Of a stretch of DNA of 26,791 bases, positions 20,269 to 26,791 are shown piece by piece. A program made the translations under genes and the position numbers. This DNA comes from Fonticula alba ATCC 38817 (taxonomy: Eukaryota; Protista; Nucleariida). The stretch lies in NCBI GenBank assembly GCA_000388065.2, contig KB932214.1; one strand, given 5' to 3'. The number at the start of each line of letters is the position of its first letter. Positions within the stretch are counted from its first letter, which is position 1. The notes below the pieces were generated by a model. The model had not been told where the DNA came from. It did no database searches and worked only from the letters and a program-made list of their open reading frames with translations.

Positions 20269-20549
20269 GGGAGGCGCGTCGGCCGGCGGACCGGCGGGCC
20301 GTCGCTCCTTTTGGGGGGCGTCCGCTTCCGCCCTTCGGCCTCGGTGTTGCTGTCCCATGGTGCTGTGCCGCGCGGTGCTCACGGGCATGTGCTTCTTCCC
20401 TGGCCGGTCGGCCCCGGCCCCTTGCCTCTCCGTGGGGTGCCCCCGGCCCCTTGGCGCGCGCGCGCGCGCGCACACCCGCCCGCCCGCCCGCTCGCCCTCC
20501 ACCTTCCCCTGCTCTCTTCCCCCCTTCCCCCCCCCCCCTCCCTTCCCGA

Positions 20550-20555
20550 AATAAA
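20550..20555 (+). terminator. Candidate polyadenylation signal AATAAA for UTP6
   Basis: aaataaaata about 280 nt after the stop, following a pyrimidine run. Confidence 0.55.
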
Positions 20556-21025
20556 ATAGACTCAGCCCCCTCCCAGCCCAGCCGCCTGGCTCCGGCCGTG
20601 CCGAACCCGACGAGCCGGGCCTCATGTCACTTGTCAGCCCCGATGGGAGGGGGAGTTTGGTTTTGTGCTTGGCTCTTGTTCTCTATGCTTGGCCGCTTGG
20701 CGCTGTGCCGCGCGGCCGGGAGGCCCGGCGCGTGGTTCGGCCCTCTCGGAGCACGGGCCCGTCGCCGCGGGCCGATGCCCGGGCCTGGTGGCAGCCGGTT
20801 GGCACGCCGGCTGCCGGCCCGAGTGTACCGGTCCCACACAACAAGGCCAGGCACCATCGCATGGAGGGTGACACCCGTGTGCCCCTGACTGGCGGGACAT
20901 TGGTCCGCGGCTTGCGCGTGAGAGGGCCGCCCCGGGGGTCGACGGGAGCGGCACAAGCTGGCCTCCTCCCTCCCCCCTCCCCCCGCCCGGGCAGCGGGCG
21001 CTATTTCCCCACGGCCAGGCTCGCT

Positions 21026-21726
21026 TTAGACTCGGCCACCATGCGGCGGGGGAGCGGCCCCACGGGCGGCCATCGGCGGCAGCAGCATGGCCGTCGGGCC
21101 GCTGAGCACCCGGACGGTGGACATATTCCGCAGGACCCCGGCCGCCGGGGACCCGGGCCCGGACCAGGAGGGCGACTGGGCATGGGCGCCGCCCGGGGAC
21201 CCGGCCGCTGAGGGGCCGCTCTCGAGGGCCTGGTCGATTTGGCGCCAGATGTCCTCCGGGCCGGTGGCGGCGGCGGCGACGGCGGCCACCATGGCAGGCC
21301 CCGGTCCGGCCTGTCTCGCGTCGGGGGCGGCCCGCAAGGTGGCACCCGCCAGAGCCGACATCGGCAGCAGGTCCGCCCCGCGCAGGGGCCCATGCTCCGG
21401 GGTGGCGTTGACCGAGTGCTCCGGCGGCCAGGCGACTGGGCCCTGGGGCCCCGGGGCGCCGGCCTCCGGCAGGGTGCCCTGCTGCCAGCGGGCCAGGATG
21501 CGCGCGGTGGCCGGGTACTCGTACAGTGGCCCGGCGCCTGGCCGGGGGAGGTCCTCGGCCCCGGGCGGCCCGGGTGACGGCGGCCCGGAGGGGAAGTTCC
21601 CGAGCGAGCGGCTGATCCCGCGGAAGGCCCGGAGGAAGGGCTTCAGGCTGAATTCCCGGTAGCTGAAGACCGTGGCATTGAAGATCACCGAGGCCAGGGC
21701 CAGGACCAGGCAGAAGACGACGTGTT

Positions 21727-21773
<47 letters not shown>

Positions 21774-23500
21774 GACGGGTCATGTGGTTAGCAGGTAGAC
21801 AGGTCAGTATGTATGCGCGTGCGTGCGTGCGTGTAAGTGTAAGTGTAAGTGTGAATGCATGCACGGAAATGCATGTGTGGGCCTTTCGCCACTAGTGTGT
21901 GCTTGTGCACCAGCAAGCACGTTCTTGCATCTATCCCATACACACACACACACAAGCACACAAGACCACACACCCACGGTACGCATGTGCGCATTTGCCG
22001 CGATTCCGACCGTGTCCACGCCGTGGCATACATCGCCTGGAGCACACACGCCGACAAGAGGACACACACACACACACACACGCATGAACCCATGCGCAAG
22101 GGTGCGCCGGAGCCAGGCACGCGAGAAGGGCCCGGACAAGAGAGACGCACCACGCGCACGAGGAACTCCTCCCACTCGTCATACCCGGTGGCGGCGCTGT
22201 CGGCCAGCAGGCTGGCGGCCAGCGGCCCGGGGCTGGAGCCCTCCGCCCGGGCCAGCAGGCGGCCGACCATGGCGGCCGTGGCGGCCACCGTGGCACTCGG
22301 CCCGGTGCCCGAGCGCGGGGCCAGGGCAAACTGCAGCCCCACGAAGATGCCGGTGACCACCACGCGCAGGGCGATGGTCAGCTTGATGGCCGCCAACTTG
22401 CGGGTGACCGACTTCCGGCCCAGCGAGGCGGCATAGCCCCGGCGCATGGTGCCGATCCCCTGGGCCGGGTACAGGCGGCCGTCCTCCCCGAGAAAGCGGT
22501 CCTCCTCGGACAGGAGGTCCTGCCCCGGGGCCGGCGGCTTCCGGGGGCCGGACGACCGCAGCGGCGCCAGGCGCCGAGCCTCCGACTCCCCCCCGCGGTC
22601 GAGCTGCTGGTCCTCCTCCGCCTCCGGGTCGTCCTCATCGTCCAGGCCGAGGTCCGGGTCGGTGGTGGACCCGCCGCCGAAGCCGGGGTCCGAGTCGCTC
22701 GGGGACAGGCTGCCCACGTCGGAAGACATGTCCCCGAGCCAGAGGCCGGCGGAGGTGTCCCCCGGGCCACAGGAGGCCCCCGGGTCTTGGGGCTCCCCGG
22801 CGTCCGGGACCTCCTTGACCGGGGGCCAGGCGCGTTGCCAGGGCCGGGGCTCGGCCGGAGGCGCGTCCGGGGACAGTGGGCCCAGCGGGACGACCGGCCC
22901 GCCGGCGCCGCCATCGGCCCGCAGCCACTGGTCCACCTCGCGCCCTGGCGGCCAGGCGCCCCGGCGGGGGAGCAGGCGCAGCGGGCCGTCCGAGCGCGGG
23001 CTCCCAGCCGCCGAGGCCCCATGCCCGGGGCCCAGCAGGGCGCCCGGCCGCTCGCACATGAGCCCCAGCTGGGTGGCATTCAGCAGGCCCAGGGTTTGGG
23101 TGGCGTGCACCCGGTCCGGGTGGTGGATGTCCAGGCGCTTGAGGTACTGCAGCGGGCTGAAGCGCCGGTAGTGCGGCAGCAGGGCAAAGTACACGGCCAG
23201 CAGGGCGGCCATGGCCCCGAGCAGGGCCCCGCCGGACACCAGGCGCGTGGCCAGATCGATGATCAGCCGGACCCATGCCGGGGCCAGGGGCGAGGCCGGC
23301 CGGAAGGGCGACGTCAGCAGCAGCCACACCACCGTGCTGATGACCTTGACGAAGGCATAGTTCAGCAGCAGCAGCTGGTGGTGGCGCAGGGCCAGGCGTC
23401 GGAGGGGCTTGCGCCGGAGCTCCGCCGACCGGCATGCCCGGCGGATGATCCGGTCCGCCCGGTGGTCGCCGCCCTGGCCATGTCCGGGCAGGGGCAGGGG

Positions 23501-23532
<32 letters not shown>

Positions 23533-23552
23533 NNNNNNNNNNNNNNNNNNNN

Positions 23553-23603
<51 letters not shown>

Positions 23604-24290
23604 CGGGGGGGATGGAGCATGCCGATGTCGCGGGCGCCAGGGCGACGGCGAGCCGGTTCGAGAGGGGATGAGGGGCGGCCCAGGTGTCAGTAGGGCGAGG
23701 AGCTCGGCGGTCACCGGGCGGGCGAGGGCGAGGCCCCGCCCGGGGCATGAGACAGACACAGGCGCCCGGGCGCCCGGGCGCCTGGGCCCCGACCCGGGTC
23801 ACGCACCGCGAAGGCCTTGGTCAGGGACCCCAGCTGCACCACCAGGCCCGCCTCGTAGGCGTCCATGACGAGCTTGGCCGCGCGGCCGCTCTGCCCCGGC
23901 CAGATGACCATGATCAGCGAGCAGGTGGTCCACACCACCAGCAGGCCGACCACGCGCAGCAGGGCCGTCTGTCGGATGGCGCAGCGCCAGTTGACCATGT
24001 GCTGGGAGCCGATGAGGTCAGTGTCGGCCGAGGGCCCGGCGTGCGGCGCGAGGGAGGGGGGGGGGAGGGGGGGGGGGCTGGGGGAGCCACGCCCGGCCGA
24101 GACCCCGAGGCTCGACGGGTGCGCTCTTTACGGGACATACCAGAGCCACATTGATGGCGGTGGCCGCCCAGGCGATGGTGGCACCGATGGACGCCAGCAC
24201 CAGGAGGATGATTTCCGTGCTCTGGGACTGGGCATGTGTGGATCGGGCCAGCAGGGCCGAACCGGCGGCCTGCAGCATCGACCCGGCCAT
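21026..24290 (-). CDS. Divergent TMEM184 / organic solute transporter OST-alpha family multi-TM protein, ~810 aa
   Basis: Exons (minus) 24290-24141, 24001-23807, 23473-22151, 22036-21974 (or 21983), 21727-21026 (TAA); all phase 0. Recalled family pattern: HMVNWRCAIRQTALLRVV (cf. HL..Y..P..QR.IIRI), VMDAYEAG..LTKAFAGGD (cf. RDCYEAF..L..YLGGE), LNYAFVKVI (cf. LQFVIVKPL), FSPL..KLAAIKLTI (cf. PVLKFL.IK.VI), EHVVFCL..FSYREF (cf. QNFLICIEM..F.Y.EY). The start is uncertain because an acceptor AG sits at 24297-24295. Confidence 0.7.
21729..21774. repeat. (TG)n microsatellite, i.e. (CA)n directly before the acceptor on the sense strand
   Basis: Read directly. Similar (CA)n/(CT)n tracts occur at 18441-18474, 1-37, 5934-5967, 7740-7770 and 9075-9100. 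Confidence 0.9.
23502..23610. repeat. Poly-G tract (poly-C on the sense strand) containing assembly gap 23533-23552, intronic
   Basis: Read directly. Confidence 0.85.
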
Positions 24291-24697
24291 CCTCCTGGGC
24301 AGGCACGTACGGGAGAGGGAGGTGGAGCGCGGGGGGGCGGGGGGCACGGGAGAGTGTTGCTTCGGTTTGTGTGTGTGTGCGTGTGTGCGTGTGTGCGTGC
24401 GTGTGTGGCGAGGGGTCAGGGGACGTTCTGGCGGGTGCTGGGGTGAGGAGGCAATGCTGCGAGCGGGGGTGATGGGAGGGTGGCTAGCCTCGCGTGTTCG
24501 TCATGGCTTTGGCCGGCCCGCACAAAAGAATGGAAGATCTGCCCCGGGTCCCCCCCCCCCCCCCTCATCGCCCCCATATCCGCCAGACAGACGCATCGCC
24601 CGCTGCCGGACACAGCACTCACACACACACACACACAGCACATACAGCATACACAGCATACAGACGAAAAGGTGAACGCAGGTCCGTGGTGTAGTCT

Positions 24698-24729
24698 ATG
24701 GCGAAGAGATGGCGAAGAGATGGCGAAGG
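24698..24729. repeat. 11-nt tandem repeat atggcgaagag x~3
   Basis: Two perfect copies plus a third with a variant end. Confidence 0.9.
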
Positions 24730-24840
24730 GGAGCGACCAGGTGCCGCAGAGGAGCGGGCCCGCCTGCGCACATACACGCGCGCGCGCGCGCACGCGCCTG
24801 CGGGCCCAAACGGGAGGCGGCCGGCCGATCGAGGGCTAAG

Positions 24841-24896
24841 GTGTCAAAAGTGACACCCGCTTCCCACGTGACGCGCTCTTAACCCGCCACTTAACC
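24841..24896. promoter_or_regulatory. Candidate cis-element cluster: GTGTCA-N4-TGACAC palindrome, CACGTGAC, CTTAACC x2
   Basis: Motifs read directly in the short intergenic region upstream of the TMEM184-like gene; function inferred only. Confidence 0.35.
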
Positions 24897-24987
24897 GGGA
24901 CGGCGCGGCTGCCTCGATACCCGCCGCACGCCGCGCGCCGCACGCACGTGCCCTGTGTCTCGCGTGCCTGGCGGCCGCGGCGCGCCC

Positions 24988-26768
24988 TCAAAAGACCACG
25001 CGCGACATGTGCCCCGCCAGGGGGACGGGCTCCGGCCGGGCGCGGGCCCCGGCGAGCACCGCCTGGATGTCCTGGAGCCGGGCCACCGCGGTGACATGGC
25101 GCTCGTGCGTGGCCCGCAGGGCATCGGCCCCGGCCCCGGCATTGCCGATGACATTGCCGCTGAGGGGCCCGCCCCGGGCGGAGAGGGCCCGCGCATCGAG
25201 GCTGGCCCGGCGCTCGATCAGCCGGGCCACATCGCCAAAGCGCCCGAGGACCAGGCTCGCGTGCGGGTGCTGCAGCCACTGGACCAGCAGGGCCGCCGCC
25301 CGGCGGGCCGGCAGAGCCGCCGCCCGGCCGGGATCGGTCGCCAGCAGGCCCAGGAGGTCCTCCTCGCCCGGGGGGGGCGGGGCGCCGCCGCCATGCGGGT
25401 CGGCCGGCGTGGCTCCGGCCGCGGCGCCGGCCGGCTTCTGGCCGCGCAGGCGCCCGGGCGACAGGAGCACCAGCTCCGGCAGCAGGCACAGGCTGTCCAG
25501 GGCACTGGCATCGAGATCGGCCCCGGGGGGGCGGCCGTGCGGGCTGCCCCGGCGCCCGGGGGCCCCGGCGGTGGCCAGTGTCCCGGGGGCCGATGGTGAG
25601 CCGGGCCGGTGGTGGTCCGGCACGCCGGGCCCGGCACGCCCCGCCGGGGCCTGCCGGTACTCCGAAAACCCGACAGCCATCTGCCAGAAGAGGGCCACCA
25701 GCGGCTCGACCACCTCGATGTGGTCCCGGTGCGATTGGAGCAGGTCAATCAGGAAGACCAGGTCGCACTGGGGGGCCGGCGCCGCGGCGGTCGGGTGGTG
25801 TGCTGCCGGGGGCGGCAAGCCGGGCCCGGCGGCCAGTGGCCGCGAGGCCAGCGCCGAGGGGGAGTGCCGGGGCGCGGCCAGGCTGGCACCGCGCGCGGCG
25901 CCCCCCCGCCGCAGGGGCACCCCCCCGCCGGTGGGCACCCCCACCGTCTCGGCCGATCGCGAGGCCGAGTACGCCCCCGGGGCCGCCAGCAGCCGAGCCA
26001 CCACGGCCGCCAGGCAGGTCGGCTGCAGGCACAGGTTCACCAAGACCCACAGGGCCCGCCGGGCCAGGTGCACATGCGGCCGCGACCGGTCGCACGACTT
26101 CAGCACCGCCACCAGGTACTCGACCAGGCCATTGGCGATGAGGGCCGCACAGCGGGTGGCCACCACCTGCGGCAGGGTGGGCGTGTGATCGGCCGCCGGC
26201 AGGGCCGGCGGCTGGGGCAGCGGCCGGCCCCGGGCCAGGAGCCCCGACAGCCCGGACAGATCGCTCCCCGGGTTGGCCAGGATGGACACCACCTCCCGGT
26301 GGAGCGGGTGATTCGGCTGGTACCGGGCCAGCAGCAGGATGTCCTCCGGCACCAGCTGGGCATAGTGCTGCATTGTGCGGGGGTCTTCGCCGGGGGGGAG
26401 CTGCCCGGGGCCGGGGGCCGAGGCCCGGGACCCGGGACCCGGCCGCGCCGGGCTCGGCGCCACCCCGCCCCCGGCCAGGTCGGCCGCCACAGCGAACAGC
26501 CCGGACGCCGAGAGGGACGCCGCGCCGGCGGCAGAGGGCACGCCGGCGCGCGCGCGCTCCTGCTGCACCGGCTGCCCGAGGGCCGAGTTGATGGTGGCCG
26601 AGGAGGCCGACCGCGCCAGCGAGGTGGCCTGCTGCAGGAGCCGGCACGCGTCGGCGATGGCCGTCACGCTGGTCGAGGTGACCAGTCGCCGGAGGGCCTG
26701 GCGCAGGGGCATCTCCAGCAGGCACATCCGGACGTAGTGCTTGCGCACGAGGAAGCCCCGGACGTGGG
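24988..26768 (-). CDS. ASPM: ASPM / abnormal spindle (Asp)-like protein, terminal exon (last IQ motif plus C-terminal ARM/HEAT-like domain); 5'-partial
   Basis: Acceptor CAG at 26771-26769, then AHVRGFLVRKHY (second half of an IQ motif). LRQALRRLVTSTSVTAIADACRLLQQATSL, CAALIANGLVEYLVAVLKSCDRSRPHVHLARRALWVLVNL and FLIDLLQSHRD align by recall to human ASPM [67 protein letters not shown] and ILLELLQIYRE. Stop TGA at 24990-24988. Confidence 0.75.
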
Positions 26769-26791
26769 CTGTGGCGCCGGAGGGGGGGGGG

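Noticed and set aside
20624-21211. + strand ORF with a hydrophobic N-terminus between UTP6 and the TMEM184-like gene
   Set aside because: It overlaps the 3' end of the minus-strand gene, has no motif, and the region is better explained as convergent 3' UTRs.
21831-21852. (GTGTAA)n hexamer as an interstitial telomere repeat
   Set aside because: It lacks the G3 core of telomeric repeats, has only about 3.5 copies, and sits in a (TG)-rich intron.
36-26748. Dozens of long overlapping or antisense ORFs in the six-frame track (e.g. 965-2149 -, 7484-9631 -, 9392-11608 +, 9408-11618 -)
   Set aside because: Expected at this GC content because stops are rare. They are Arg/Gly/Pro-rich shadows of real exons with no recognisable motifs, and many start at GTG or TTG.
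1-26791. Transposon, viral, rRNA or tRNA sequence
   Set aside because: No transposase, reverse transcriptase or integrase motifs, no terminal repeats, and no recognisable structural RNA signatures.

Overview
This is a very GC-rich, intron-containing eukaryotic genomic window with five N gaps, not prokaryotic DNA. Most entries in the six-frame ORF track are artefacts of high GC. Splicing by hand gives seven protein-coding genes: the 3' part of a USP16/45-like deubiquitinase (+), dolichol kinase (+), APC10/DOC1 with a ~720-aa C-terminal extension (+), SDA1 (-, 5' end and one internal exon lost in gaps), UTP6 (+, head-to-head with SDA1), a divergent TMEM184/OST-alpha-like multi-TM protein (-), and the last exon of an ASPM/Asp-like protein (-). 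I found no rRNA, tRNA, CRISPR array or transposon, and no clear novel multi-gene system. The most unusual signals are: (i) 29 of 29 placed splice donors lack the canonical +4 A (consensus GTGCGT); (ii) a phase-compatible, coding-like extra exon hidden in an SDA1 intron; (iii) an APC10 with a lysine-free, TP-rich tail ending in FFR; (iv) poly-C tracts always on the pre-mRNA strand. The style (GC-rich, low-complexity inserts, opisthokont-like proteins) reminds me of Fonticula-type protist assemblies, but that is inference only. All homology calls are from recalled motifs; no database search was run.
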